In this document: piece after piece, positions 1 through 11,387 of the stretch | Layout: every line of letters begins with the position of its first letter | Position numbering within the stretch: the stretch's first letter is position 1 | Made by a program: the position numbers and the translations under genes | IMG/VR virus record: IMGVR_UViG_3300032236_001081 | Location: 11,730-75,729 of that record | Reading direction: 5' to 3' (one strand) | From: a virus | DNA: 64,000 bases | The notes under the pieces: model-generated | What the model was told of the DNA's origin: nothing | Database searches by the model: none | What the model saw: only the letters and a program-made list of their open reading frames with translations

Positions 1-1
1 T

Positions 2-880
2 GGAGGAGAAGAGTTGGACCCGCCTCAATATGGAAAAGTATTATTATCAGTAAAGCCAAAGAATGGTTCTTTTTTATCTCAAGCAACTAAAGAAAGAATT
101 TTAAAACAACTTAAACAGTATAGTGTAGCCGGAGTTAAGCAAGAACTGATAGATTTGAAGTATCTTTATGTAGAGTTAAATACAAATGTTTACTATAACA
201 AATCAAAGGCTTCGGATGTCAATACATTAAAAACTAATATTCAAAATGCAATTACGAGCTATTCTAAATCTTCTGATTTGAATAGTTTTGGTGGAAGATT
301 TAAATATAGTAAATTTGGCTCTTTAGTTGATAATGTAAGTGATGCAATTACTTCAAACATTACTAAAGTAAAAATAAGAAGAAATATAACTCCAGCATAT
401 AATAAACTTGCTAATTATGAATTATGTTTCGGAAATCGCTTTCATCTTCAAAAAAATAATTTAAGTGATAACCGAGGATACAATATCAAGTCAACTGGAT
501 TTAATATTAATGGCGTAGCTTCAACAGTATATCTAAGCGATTCCCCAATAAATGGCACTACCGGAAATGTATTCTTTTTTACATTAGATACTGGAATTCC
601 GTTTATTGTGAGTAATAATGCGGGAATTGTTAATTATAAAACAGGAGAGATAAAATTAAATCCAGTAAATATTACTAGAAGCGTAGTTGGCTCTGAAATA
701 CAAGTTGAAGCAGTTCCTGAATCAAATGATGTCATTGCTTTAAGGGATATATATTTAGACCTTAATATTCAAAATACAGTCGTAACTATGATAGAAGATA
801 CTATATCTTCTGGTGAAAATCTTTCTGCTAGTTCTTATGCAGTAACTTCAAGCTATTCCAACGGTAATTATATTCGTTAA
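2..880 (+). CDS. gp6: Baseplate wedge subunit gp6, C-terminal part (5'-truncated by window)
   Basis: Frame is open from nt 2 (GGEELDPPQYGKVLLSVKP..., FGGRFKYSK), typical of the T4-like gp6 C-terminus; lies directly upstream of gp7/gp8. Confidence 0.9.
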   Translation, partial: GGEELDPPQYGKVLLSVKPKNGSFLSQATKERILKQLKQYSVAGVKQELIDLKYLYVELNTNVYYNKSKASDVNTLKTNIQNAITSYSKSSDLNSFGGRFKYSKFGSLVDNVSDAITSNITKVKIRRNITPAYNKLANYELCFGNRFHLQKNNLSDNRGYNIKSTGFNINGVASTVYLSDSPINGTTGNVFFFTLDTGIPFIVSNNAGIVNYKTGEIKLNPVNITRSVVGSEIQVEAVPESNDVIALRDIYLDLNIQNTVVTMIEDTISSGENLSASSYAVTSSYSNGNYIR

Positions 881-882
881 AA

Positions 883-3800
883 ATGTCAGAAATAAAAAGA
901 ATAAAAATTCAGAATCTTATAGAGTCTCAAATCCCAGAATTTTTAAACGAGGAATCTCCACTTTTTCAAGAATTTCTAAAACAGTATTATACTTCTCAGG
1001 AATATACTACAGGATTAAATGACCTTGCAATCAATTTAAATCAATATAAGGGAATTGAGAACTTCAACGCAGAGACATTTTATAATTCTTGTAAGTTAAG
1101 TTCAAATGTATTGTCTTTTGATAATGAAATTTCGGTCAATAGCACTTTTGGATTTCCTAGTTCATACGGACTCTTAAAGATAGATAATGAGATTATTACC
1201 TATACTGGAATTACTACAAACTCTTTTACTGGATGCGTTCGTGGATTTAGTGGTATTGATGCCAATTCAGACCATTCGGAATTAATATTCAAATCAACTT
1301 CGGTAGAAGAACATTCTTCTGGAAGTAAAGTATTTAATTTAAATTTACTATTTTTTAGTGAAATATTTAAAAAGTTTAAGTCTCAATATCTTTTAGGATT
1401 TGAAGACCGTAAGTTTTATTCACAGATAAGTTTACAAAATATATTAACCAGAGCAAAAGACTTCTACGCTTCAAAGGGAACTGATACTTCATATAAGTTG
1501 CTATTTAAAGTCTTATATGGTAAAGACATAAGTATCGTTGACCCTAAAAATTTTACAATAAAACCATCTAACAATCCAGCTCTAGTTACTAAAAATATTG
1601 TTGTTGAAAAAATTAGTGGAGTTGGTGACCCTATAGATTTAATTGGAAAAACTATATCTCAAGCTATTCCTGGAGGAAGGACTGCTAGTGCTGCAATTTA
1701 TAATGTAGAGTATAGAAAGACTGATAACAGAGACTTATATGAAATCTCATTAGATTCAGAAAGTTTTATCTATAATTTTATTCCTACAAAAAAAACTAAT
1801 GTAGTAGAGACTATTAATATTAACTCTACTTCTATTTCCGTAGATTCAACTGTTGATTTTCCAAGCTCTGGTACTGTTTATATAAAACCGGCCAATAGCT
1901 TTACTTCTATTCCAATTAATTACCAAAATAAAAGTGCAAATCAATTCCTAAATGTAAGTGGAATTAATATTGAAGTTCCTTTCAATAGTGATATTATTGA
2001 AGATAATTTTGCATACTCTACTTTAGATAATGGCAATATTCTTAAGTTTAGAATATTTAATATTATAGAGTCTGTTGATTATTCAAAGACTTCTAATTTG
2101 AGAGTCGGGGATAAAATTTATCTATCTTCTTTTGGTGAAAATTATCAGGATTTCCCTGAGTATAATAGTTGGATGTATAATCTTCCAACTTACCATAATA
2201 TATCAAATATTAATGGTAACATAATTACCACGGTAGATAATATTTTACTTTATAAGGGAGATACTATTGTATTATCAGACACTACAATTCCAAATAATCC
2301 TACATTAATAGTTCCAGTAGATAGTATTATTTCTAAAAATAAATTTACTGTCTTAGGAGTATTACCTAATATTAGGTATAATCGGATTCAAAAAGTTATC
2401 AATAAGAGTAGATTAAATCCTAATATTTCCTCCAGAATTCAAAATACTTATATTGACACCTCAACTGATAATATAGTTACATTATCTTCAGGACTTCCTG
2501 ATTACAAAGATATTGTATTAGATAATAGAGAAGTAGGATTAACAATCACAGGAGTTGGAACATATATATTCTCCACTACTGATACACACTACTTCTATAC
2601 TGGAGAGAAGATTCATTTTACTCCAAGTTTAGGGTTCAGTGGACTTTCTACTGGAACTTATTTTGTAAATAGATACTCTAACACTTCAATATCATTAGCT
2701 TACAGTTATAGTAATCTTTATGCTAATAATTACATAGGAATTCAAACTAGTATATCAAATATTGGAACCATCGTAAAATTAGGGTATGAGGGAAAAAATG
2801 ACTCAATCCTAGACCATCAAAAATTATTAAAAATATTCAATATCAATAATAAAAATAATGAGGATACAACTTTAAGTAAAAATACGATTGGCAAGTCTCT
2901 AGGATTACTTATTAATGGAGTTGAATTATATTCATCTGCTATATTTAATGAAGGGTATTATTATGGTCAGATTAATGATATTGCAATTTCAAATTCAGGG
3001 AAGGATTATGATGTCATAAATGCCCCCACAATTCAAATTAGTGACGAAGGGGGGGAAGGTGCTGGAGCACAAGTTTATGCCAATATGAGAGGCACAGTGA
3101 GGGCAATCCGGGTGATTTCTCCAGGAATTGGCTATCAAGTTAAACCTAAGATTTCTATAATTGGTGGAAATGGATATGGTGCAGTGCTTGAAAGTAATTT
3201 AGTACAGTCACCTATTATATCTTACTTCTTAGGTTCTGCAATATCATTAAATGTGATTACTTTTGCAGGCACTCATAAGTTTCAAGATACAGAACAAGTA
3301 ATTTATCAAAATAATTCAAATCCAGAATTAGTGGGATTAACTAACAACTCCACTTATTATGTTGGTGTTATAAATTCAACTCAAATTAAACTATACCGAA
3401 ATAGAGATGATTCTATCAATAAGACTAATGCAATTGTTATTGGAAATAATGACACTGGAATTTATTATTTAACGACTGTTGATATTAAAAATACTATAAC
3501 TGAAGTATATGTAAAAGATAGTGGAAAAAATTATTCAAGTAAAACTATTAAACTTTCATCTTCAGAATATATTGATGATACTACAGTTGGAATTAGCACT
3601 TTTGATAACTACATACTTGTTAAAAATCACAATTTAAGAGAGAAAGATATTGTTGTATATTCAACTACGAATACAGTAATTTCAGGATTATCTACAACTA
3701 ATCAGTATATTGTAAGTGTAATTGATACTAATAAGTTTAGATTAGCAGAAGCTGATTCTACAGATTTTTATTATAATTATTCAAACAATAGATTTGTAAA

Positions 3801-6800
3801 TCTGAATTCTATTGGTTCAGGAACACATACTTTTAAATATCCACCTATTCAAGTGGTGGTAGAAACTACCTCTGGGATATCTTCAACTACAATTTCTCCA
3901 GTATTTACCCCTATTGTACTAGGAGAATTTGAAAGCTTATTTATAGAAAATTATGGCACTAACTATGGTTCTTCTGATATTATAAACTTCAATAGAAGGC
4001 CAAATGTAAAAATTCAAACTCCATCTATAGACGCACTACTTAATCCAATTATACTTGAAGGAAAAATTGTTGGAGTTCAGATTTTATCTGGTGGAGCTGG
4101 ATATGGAAAAGATATTGATATTGTAATTGAGGGTTCTGGAAAATATGCGCTATTAATTCCTACCGTTGAAAATGGTAAAATTATAGATGTGACTGTAGTA
4201 AATTCTGGACTTGGGTATGTAAATAAAAAAACTAGCCTTCAAGTTGTAAAAAGAGGAAATTCTGCTAAATTTATAGCAAATCTAACAAAATGGACTTTAA
4301 ATCAATACAAAAAATATTCAAATAAAATAAATGAGCTTACAGGAGAAGGAATTCTTATACCAAGTAATAATGTTAAAAAAACTTTACAGTATATTAATTT
4401 TTATCCGCCAAAGAAATTAAGAGATGAAGTTGGAGATACTTCTGGAAATGCTTCTCCTATTTTAGGATGGGCTTATGATGGAAATCCGATATATGGACCC
4501 TATGTGAATTTACCTTCATCAACTTCTCCTTCAAAAGTTAGAAGTAGTTATCAATTATCTAATATAAATGTTAATACTATAAGTAGTATAAGGCCTGTCC
4601 AGTGGAATAACGGGGATTTCATAGAAGATTATAAGTATATTCCAAATTTTGGAGATTTAGATGAACATAATGGAATGTTCATCAAAACTAATGAATTTCC
4701 TAAAGGAATATATGCGTATTTTACAACATTAGATGGTTTAAATTCTCCAGCATATCCATATGCAATAGCTACGGAATTTAAAAATACGCCAATAATTAAA
4801 AATTTTAACGGATATGTTAATCAAGATTTAAATTTAGATTCTATTAATTTTATTAGAAATACTGGACCATATTATCTAAATTCCGAAAATTCCGGATATT
4901 TACCAATAAGTAAAATTGAGCCAAAATATAAGCAAGAATTTATAGTAAATAATATTATTAAGTCTGGAATAGATTCTATTGGTATAGTATCTCCAGGTGA
5001 TAATTTTATGGTTGGAGATAGGCTTCAATTTGAAAATATTCCAAATACTATTAGTCCAAGCTGCTCCGTATCAAATATTAATGGAGTTCCTTTAACTAAT
5101 ATAGCAGTAGGTATTTCTACTTTAAAAAATGTAACATTTAAAAATAAAAATAATATAATTACAGGTATTACGACAATACCTCATAATTTAGTATCAAATG
5201 ATGTTGTTGTGATATCTTCAATTTCTTCTAATCAATATTCATCTTTAGAAGGAAGTAAAACTATTTCAGTAAGTCAAAAAACAACCGGGATTACAGTAGG
5301 CATCTTATCATCAACAGATACTGGAGTATCTACTGCGATTTCCGTCAATGATGTTTCTGGATTTAATATTGATGATTATATTAAAATTGATTCTGAAGTA
5401 TTGAAAATTAGAGATATTAAAATCAATCAATCTCAACTACTTGTAGATAGAAGTAATGATGGAGGAATTCATACTGCTGGCGTATCTTTAGTTAATCTTC
5501 TTCCCACTAAATTTACATTTAATGAGCCTAAATTTAATGCCAATTTAAAAAGTAATTCTGTTGTATATTTTAATCCTTCAAATAGTATAGGGTTAGGAAC
5601 TACTGGAACTACTTATATTGATTATGGCAATACAACTTATTTTGCTCCAGCCCAATCAATCTATATTGAAAATCACAAATATTATACAGGTCAGCCCCTA
5701 ACATATAAGGTGGGAATTGGAGGAACTGGATTGGTCGTGTCAAATTCTCCAACTTCACCTCAATTTAAATTAATTGATGGTCAAATAGTATATGCAGTAA
5801 ATTATGGTGCTAACTTTGTAGGTCTATCTACATTAGGATTTACTACCAGTACTGGAATAGGTGTTAGTTATAATTCATTATACTTTAGAGATAATAGCAA
5901 TTCCCTAGGAAATTCTCATAACTTTACTACTCAATATGATTTAATCAGTGGAACAACTGAAAGATATACTATAACTGCTAATACAAAATCTCCACATTTA
6001 TTATCAACTAATGATATAATTGATTTTAAAGTGATAACCTCCGATGCAGTTGATGTTGAATTAAATTATAATTCAACTATTCGTAAAATAACTACTCCGC
6101 CTCTTACTTTTAATGCATCAACTGAAGTTAATGTTACAACATCTACAATTTATATTTCAGATGATTCGCTTCAAACTGGGGATAAAGTTGTATATACGAA
6201 TTCAACCAATCCTTCTATTGGTGGATTAGTTGATAATGAAAGATATTTTGTATTAAGAGAAAGCCCAAATGCAATCAAATTGACTCAATATTATGATGAC
6301 ATATCTAAAAATAATTATGTCAAGTTAACTAGCACTAGTACTGGCACCCATTCAATTGCAAAAGTAAATCCACTAATTTATTTAAATAAAGGAAATAAAT
6401 ACGAATTTATAGGAATTGGTACATATATTAAACTATACAAAGATTCAAATTACTTCTACGAATTGGAACCATATAGGTATACCTCATTTACCTTAGATAC
6501 CATTAATCAAGAGTACCCACAGGAGTTATATTATACTTTATCGCCTTTATCCGGGAGACCAGTATCTTTAGATACTGATGTAATATCTGGAGGTAGAATT
6601 GTACTACTTGAAAATTCATATGATGGTAGATATTCAGTAATTCCAACTTCTGATACTTCATTCAGATTGAACTTAAAAAATAAACCTCGTTATTTGGGAA
6701 CTATTAATTTTAATAAGGCAACATATTCTACAACTTCAAAAACTGCTAAAGGTCCCATAAAAACTATTAAAGTAAATCAAAAGGGGAAATTTTATAATAA

Positions 6801-9800
6801 AATACCTAAAATTACTTCAATACTCACAACCTCTGGAAGTGGTGAATTATTAACTACAGTTTCTAGTACGATAGGAAAAGTTGATACATTAGAAAGAGTT
6901 AAAGATGGATTTGATTATCCCACAGATGGCACACTATTGCCAAAATTATCTATACCTACTATTGCAATATTAAATAAAGTTTCTAATGTTAAATCCGTAG
7001 ATGTGCTTTATGGAGGAAAAAATTATAATACTCCACCAAACTTGAAAGCAATTGGAAATAATGTATTACAATTAACTACAGAACTTAAAGGAAATAGTGT
7101 ATCTAAGGTAAGTATTATAGTAAATGATAATTCTCTTGATACACCACTATCAATAGTGCCTGTAAATAATTCTAATGGATTTGATATTATTGGAATAACA
7201 ACTTCATCAACTAGAAATAGTATTGAACTAGACACTACATCTTATCCTTCATTATCTGGTGTGTTCCCATTTAGTGTGGGAGATGAAATTTTTATAGAAA
7301 ACTGCAGTATCACCTCAGAGGTTCAAAAGAATTATAATTCTAAAGATTATAATTATAGATTTTTTAAAGTAACCTCAGTAAATCAGAATACTTCAACTAT
7401 AGAATATGATATAACTGGATTATTTGGATTTGGTACTTACACTTTAGAAAAGGGCTATGGTACGGTAGTTAATCGTAAAGATATGGCTACTTTTAAGATG
7501 AATATAACTGATGATATTAATTATATTTCTGGTGAAAAACTAATTGGATTTAATACTACTGGAAATCAAACCTTTACTGGATATGTAATGGAAGATGGGT
7601 GGGATAGTAAAATAAAGCAGATAAGAATTAATAAGTCTGAAGGGGAATTGGATATTGGATACCGATTGAAAGGAGAATTATCAAATCTCAAGGGAGAAAT
7701 TACAAATGTAAATAATTTCAATCTAAAATCAAAATTAGGAGTATCTAGAGATAAAATAAATTATACTCAAGATGATATTGGAGATTTAAATAATTCATTA
7801 CAAAAAATATCGGATAATAATTATTATCAGAATTTTTCTTATGCTATAAGAGGTGAGGTTCCATATAGTGATTGGAAAGAACCTGTACATTCAGTAATTC
7901 ACCCTTCAGGATATAGAGAATTTTCAGATTTAGAAGTTATTAGTCAGGCAGGTAAACCTGTTGGAATGAAGACTACTACTAACAATGAAGTAACTTTAAT
8001 CGTAAAAATAGATAATGAAGTATCATTGCATACTCGTGATAATTTTGCAATTGCTTATGATGAAACCCAACTTAATCAGTCATATGCTGAAAGAATAAGT
8101 TTTGGTGCAATTGAGCCTTGGAATGTTGCTGGAGTTGGGTTAACTGCAATTAAAGGTATTGACTTATTGCCTTATATTTTAAATAATACAAATAAAGTAA
8201 TTGAAATTGATGATATTAGTGAGCAGTTTACTGGAACTAATGCTGAAATAAACATACAATCTAATATACCAGTAACTTTTAATCCACAATATCCATATAA
8301 CTTAGGAGTATCTACTGCGGGACTATCAGTTGGAGATATTGTTGGTTATTCTACTTATCATACATATCCAGAAAATACTGGTATTACTTCAATCGGAATT
8401 GAAAGTGTATTTACATTATATCCACATAAGTCATATTCAGGAATAGTGACTGAGAGTTTAAGTTTTTCTAGAAGATTAAATGGAAATATAGTATCTGGAA
8501 TTAGTTCATTTAAATTAACTAATAAAACTACTCCTCTTTTCAGTAGGACTTTTAATTCTAATGATAGTTCTATTGTAAATTTAACCACATACAGTTTTAA
8601 TATTAATAATCATAACTTACAAACTGGTCAAAAAATATTCTATTCTTATCAGGGTGGAACTCCTATTAGAATTGCTACTACTAATTTAGTTTTAGGTGGA
8701 ATATCTACAAATATACTACCTTCAACTTTATATGTCAATAAAATTAATGATAATAGTTTCCAAGTGGCTGGGCTATCTACATCTATAAGATTAGAATTGA
8801 CTAGTTTGGGAATAGGAACTCATAAATTTACTGTGGACAATCCAAATGTTAATGCTTTAATTTCTATTGATAATATCATACAGAAACCAATTTACAATAG
8901 ACCAATTACTTTAGGGTTAGTAAATAATGCTAATGTGGGAATAACTTCAATTTATGTGAATTCTGGAATAAGTTCTATTTCAACTATTGATATTCTTAAA
9001 ATTGATGAGGAACTTCTAAAAATAATTAATGTAGGTATAGGTTCAACTAATGTAATAAATGTTAAACGAGGGTTCCTAGGAACTCAGGAGAAGAACCATA
9101 CATCTGGGTCTAGTATTAATATCATTAGAGGTGACTATAATATTATTGAAGATACTATATTCTTTACATCTCCTCCACAAGGTCCTACTGGATTAGAAGG
9201 TCTAAAAGTATCGTCTTCTTTCTCGGGTAGAGTATTCAGTAGAAAATTTGACCCTACATATCCAGATGATAAAAATATTATTTTTGATGATATATCGGAC
9301 CAGTTTACAGGACTATCTACATTCATCTTAAAACAAAATCAAAATAGTATAACGCAAATTTATAATAATAGGAATTATGGAACTGATGCAAGTAATAACC
9401 CACTGATATTCATAAACAATATATTACAAGTTCCTGAAACTGATTTTACAATTCAAAATAATAGTGTAAATGAAATTAGTTATCTAACGGGAATTCCAAA
9501 TTCTGGTAAGATTTTAAATGTTGGTATCAATACAGCCTTCGGCTATGTGCCTCTTATAGGTGCTGCTGCAACCGTTTCGGTGTCTGGATTTGGCACTATC
9601 TCCAATGTGTATCTTACAGGGGCAGGGACTGGCTATAGAACTCCTCCATACATTAGCCTAGGCTCTACAGTTGGGCAAGGAGCTTCTATTATTGCTAATG
9701 TAGGTACATCCGGAACTATTACTGGGTTTACTATCGTAAATCCAGGAAGTGGTTATACTTCAACTGCAGTTCCTATTGTAAATATTGATACTCCTCTACC

Positions 9801-11361
9801 ATACTATAACTTAGATGTGGAATATGCCCCAGGAAATTCTGGATTAGGTACAGGAGCCAAAGTATCAATTTCAGTTGCAAGTGATACAACTATCGGTAGT
9901 TTCTTATTAAATGACCCAGGTTCCCTATACAAAGTAGGAGATATCTTAAAAGTAGTAGGATTGACTACAAATCCTACTGTAGGAAACTTATTTGATGAGT
10001 TTAGATTAACTGTAACTGAAACTGTTTCTGATATTTTTAGTGGATATTATCCTGGACAATTTATACAATTTAATGATATTTCAAATAAGTTTAATGGTTT
10101 TGAAAGATTATTTGACATAAAAACTCCTGTAAATGGGATTGATACTAGGATTACATTTAAAGTTCCTCCTGGTTCAGATTTAGTTATTGAAAATAATTTC
10201 TTTATTCTTATTAATGGCATCTTACAAGTGCCAACTGTAGCATACAGATATTTTGCTGGAAGAATACAATTTACAGAGCCTCCATCTTCTGGCTCTACTT
10301 GCACTATATTATTCTATAGAGGTTCTAGCTCTGATGTGGAGGAAGTTACTCCAGTCCAAACTATAAAAGATGGTGATATTTTACAATCTAGACAAAATGT
10401 AACTTCTACAGTAACTACCGAACAGCTAGAACGAGTTGTTAAAAGAATAGTACAATCAAATACTTTAGATACTTTTGTTTATACTGGATATGGTATTACG
10501 AATACTGCTAGACCTTTAAGTTGGACTAAACAAACTGCTGATAGAATTATTAATGGCTCTTTGATTTCCAAATCAAGAACAACTTTAAAATCTAATATTA
10601 CTCCGAACACATTCTTAATTAAATCTGTAGGTATCACTGATACTGCAATTTATGTAAATGATGCATTCCCATATTTCAGTGAATTGGATTCTGGTCCGAC
10701 TAAATTACCAGAATTCAAGAGAAATATTAATATTTTAGATTATACTTCTTTAGACTTAATAAAATATGAAAAACTAGTCTCAGTGAAAGTTAAAGGTGAT
10801 TATGGTACTATAGTTGGAATTAATACATTTATATCTTCTGTTGGAATACAAACAGGAAGATTAGAATTTAAATTAAAATCAAATACATATAACAATAATG
10901 ATTTAGGAATTGGATATAGTTCTTTAAATACTTTTGGAATTAATTCAAGTCAACTAGAAATTGGGGACTACTTTGTAATTTCTAATAGTAATGTAATATG
11001 CGGACACGCACTGACTGGAATAACTGATAGTTTAGGGGGAATGTCTAATTATCCAAATTCAAAAGTTGGAACTGCAAGAAGTTTTATTGATGGTGTTTAT
11101 AGAGTGGAGGGGGTAACTGCTGCAAATGCCGGAATTGTTACTGTTAGTTGTAATTTTGTTGCTGTAGATGGTGGACTATCTGTAAATATTGCAGGATTAT
11201 CTCAAACTACTTTCTATGGAAATTATAGTTGGGGTAAATTTTACGATTATGATAACCGACAATTGGGAACTCCTAAGCAATTTGATGTGAATACTAACGA
11301 TGGGCTAATTGGACTATCTACTTCATCTCAGGTTTCTAGAACAGTACCTCTATTACTTTGA
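883..11361 (+). CDS. gp7: Giant baseplate wedge initiator gp7-like virion protein (3492 aa, repetitive beta modules, YHYH-like segment)
   Basis: N-terminal IESQIPEF...FLKQYY and AKDFYASKGT...LFKVLYG motifs; VIHPSGY motif; SPILGWAYDGNPIYGPY...DLDEHNG; position between gp6 and gp8. Confidence 0.85.
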   Translation: MSEIKRIKIQNLIESQIPEFLNEESPLFQEFLKQYYTSQEYTTGLNDLAINLNQYKGIENFNAETFYNSCKLSSNVLSFDNEISVNSTFGFPSSYGLLKIDNEIITYTGITTNSFTGCVRGFSGIDANSDHSELIFKSTSVEEHSSGSKVFNLNLLFFSEIFKKFKSQYLLGFEDRKFYSQISLQNILTRAKDFYASKGTDTSYKLLFKVLYGKDISIVDPKNFTIKPSNNPALVTKNIVVEKISGVGDPIDLIGKTISQAIPGGRTASAAIYNVEYRKTDNRDLYEISLDSESFIYNFIPTKKTNVVETININSTSISVDSTVDFPSSGTVYIKPANSFTSIPINYQNKSANQFLNVSGINIEVPFNSDIIEDNFAYSTLDNGNILKFRIFNIIESVDYSKTSNLRVGDKIYLSSFGENYQDFPEYNSWMYNLPTYHNISNINGNIITTVDNILLYKGDTIVLSDTTIPNNPTLIVPVDSIISKNKFTVLGVLPNIRYNRIQKVINKSRLNPNISSRIQNTYIDTSTDNIVTLSSGLPDYKDIVLDNREVGLTITGVGTYIFSTTDTHYFYTGEKIHFTPSLGFSGLSTGTYFVNRYSNTSISLAYSYSNLYANNYIGIQTSISNIGTIVKLGYEGKNDSILDHQKLLKIFNINNKNNEDTTLSKNTIGKSLGLLINGVELYSSAIFNEGYYYGQINDIAISNSGKDYDVINAPTIQISDEGGEGAGAQVYANMRGTVRAIRVISPGIGYQVKPKISIIGGNGYGAVLESNLVQSPIISYFLGSAISLNVITFAGTHKFQDTEQVIYQNNSNPELVGLTNNSTYYVGVINSTQIKLYRNRDDSINKTNAIVIGNNDTGIYYLTTVDIKNTITEVYVKDSGKNYSSKTIKLSSSEYIDDTTVGISTFDNYILVKNHNLREKDIVVYSTTNTVISGLSTTNQYIVSVIDTNKFRLAEADSTDFYYNYSNNRFVNLNSIGSGTHTFKYPPIQVVVETTSGISSTTISPVFTPIVLGEFESLFIENYGTNYGSSDIINFNRRPNVKIQTPSIDALLNPIILEGKIVGVQILSGGAGYGKDIDIVIEGSGKYALLIPTVENGKIIDVTVVNSGLGYVNKKTSLQVVKRGNSAKFIANLTKWTLNQYKKYSNKINELTGEGILIPSNNVKKTLQYINFYPPKKLRDEVGDTSGNASPILGWAYDGNPIYGPYVNLPSSTSPSKVRSSYQLSNINVNTISSIRPVQWNNGDFIEDYKYIPNFGDLDEHNGMFIKTNEFPKGIYAYFTTLDGLNSPAYPYAIATEFKNTPIIKNFNGYVNQDLNLDSINFIRNTGPYYLNSENSGYLPISKIEPKYKQEFIVNNIIKSGIDSIGIVSPGDNFMVGDRLQFENIPNTISPSCSVSNINGVPLTNIAVGISTLKNVTFKNKNNIITGITTIPHNLVSNDVVVISSISSNQYSSLEGSKTISVSQKTTGITVGILSSTDTGVSTAISVNDVSGFNIDDYIKIDSEVLKIRDIKINQSQLLVDRSNDGGIHTAGVSLVNLLPTKFTFNEPKFNANLKSNSVVYFNPSNSIGLGTTGTTYIDYGNTTYFAPAQSIYIENHKYYTGQPLTYKVGIGGTGLVVSNSPTSPQFKLIDGQIVYAVNYGANFVGLSTLGFTTSTGIGVSYNSLYFRDNSNSLGNSHNFTTQYDLISGTTERYTITANTKSPHLLSTNDIIDFKVITSDAVDVELNYNSTIRKITTPPLTFNASTEVNVTTSTIYISDDSLQTGDKVVYTNSTNPSIGGLVDNERYFVLRESPNAIKLTQYYDDISKNNYVKLTSTSTGTHSIAKVNPLIYLNKGNKYEFIGIGTYIKLYKDSNYFYELEPYRYTSFTLDTINQEYPQELYYTLSPLSGRPVSLDTDVISGGRIVLLENSYDGRYSVIPTSDTSFRLNLKNKPRYLGTINFNKATYSTTSKTAKGPIKTIKVNQKGKFYNKIPKITSILTTSGSGELLTTVSSTIGKVDTLERVKDGFDYPTDGTLLPKLSIPTIAILNKVSNVKSVDVLYGGKNYNTPPNLKAIGNNVLQLTTELKGNSVSKVSIIVNDNSLDTPLSIVPVNNSNGFDIIGITTSSTRNSIELDTTSYPSLSGVFPFSVGDEIFIENCSITSEVQKNYNSKDYNYRFFKVTSVNQNTSTIEYDITGLFGFGTYTLEKGYGTVVNRKDMATFKMNITDDINYISGEKLIGFNTTGNQTFTGYVMEDGWDSKIKQIRINKSEGELDIGYRLKGELSNLKGEITNVNNFNLKSKLGVSRDKINYTQDDIGDLNNSLQKISDNNYYQNFSYAIRGEVPYSDWKEPVHSVIHPSGYREFSDLEVISQAGKPVGMKTTTNNEVTLIVKIDNEVSLHTRDNFAIAYDETQLNQSYAERISFGAIEPWNVAGVGLTAIKGIDLLPYILNNTNKVIEIDDISEQFTGTNAEINIQSNIPVTFNPQYPYNLGVSTAGLSVGDIVGYSTYHTYPENTGITSIGIESVFTLYPHKSYSGIVTESLSFSRRLNGNIVSGISSFKLTNKTTPLFSRTFNSNDSSIVNLTTYSFNINNHNLQTGQKIFYSYQGGTPIRIATTNLVLGGISTNILPSTLYVNKINDNSFQVAGLSTSIRLELTSLGIGTHKFTVDNPNVNALISIDNIIQKPIYNRPITLGLVNNANVGITSIYVNSGISSISTIDILKIDEELLKIINVGIGSTNVINVKRGFLGTQEKNHTSGSSINIIRGDYNIIEDTIFFTSPPQGPTGLEGLKVSSSFSGRVFSRKFDPTYPDDKNIIFDDISDQFTGLSTFILKQNQNSITQIYNNRNYGTDASNNPLIFINNILQVPETDFTIQNNSVNEISYLTGIPNSGKILNVGINTAFGYVPLIGAAATVSVSGFGTISNVYLTGAGTGYRTPPYISLGSTVGQGASIIANVGTSGTITGFTIVNPGSGYTSTAVPIVNIDTPLPYYNLDVEYAPGNSGLGTGAKVSISVASDTTIGSFLLNDPGSLYKVGDILKVVGLTTNPTVGNLFDEFRLTVTETVSDIFSGYYPGQFIQFNDISNKFNGFERLFDIKTPVNGIDTRITFKVPPGSDLVIENNFFILINGILQVPTVAYRYFAGRIQFTEPPSSGSTCTILFYRGSSSDVEEVTPVQTIKDGDILQSRQNVTSTVTTEQLERVVKRIVQSNTLDTFVYTGYGITNTARPLSWTKQTADRIINGSLISKSRTTLKSNITPNTFLIKSVGITDTAIYVNDAFPYFSELDSGPTKLPEFKRNINILDYTSLDLIKYEKLVSVKVKGDYGTIVGINTFISSVGIQTGRLEFKLKSNTYNNNDLGIGYSSLNTFGINSSQLEIGDYFVISNSNVICGHALTGITDSLGGMSNYPNSKVGTARSFIDGVYRVEGVTAANAGIVTVSCNFVAVDGGLSVNIAGLSQTTFYGNYSWGKFYDYDNRQLGTPKQFDVNTNDGLIGLSTSSQVSRTVPLLL

Positions 11362-11367
11362 TAAATA
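11361..11367 (+). promoter_or_regulatory. T4-type late promoter (ATAAATA)
   Basis: ATAAATA 20 nt before the gp8 ATG. Confidence 0.7.
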
Positions 11368-11387
11368 TATGAAAGTATTAAGTTAAA

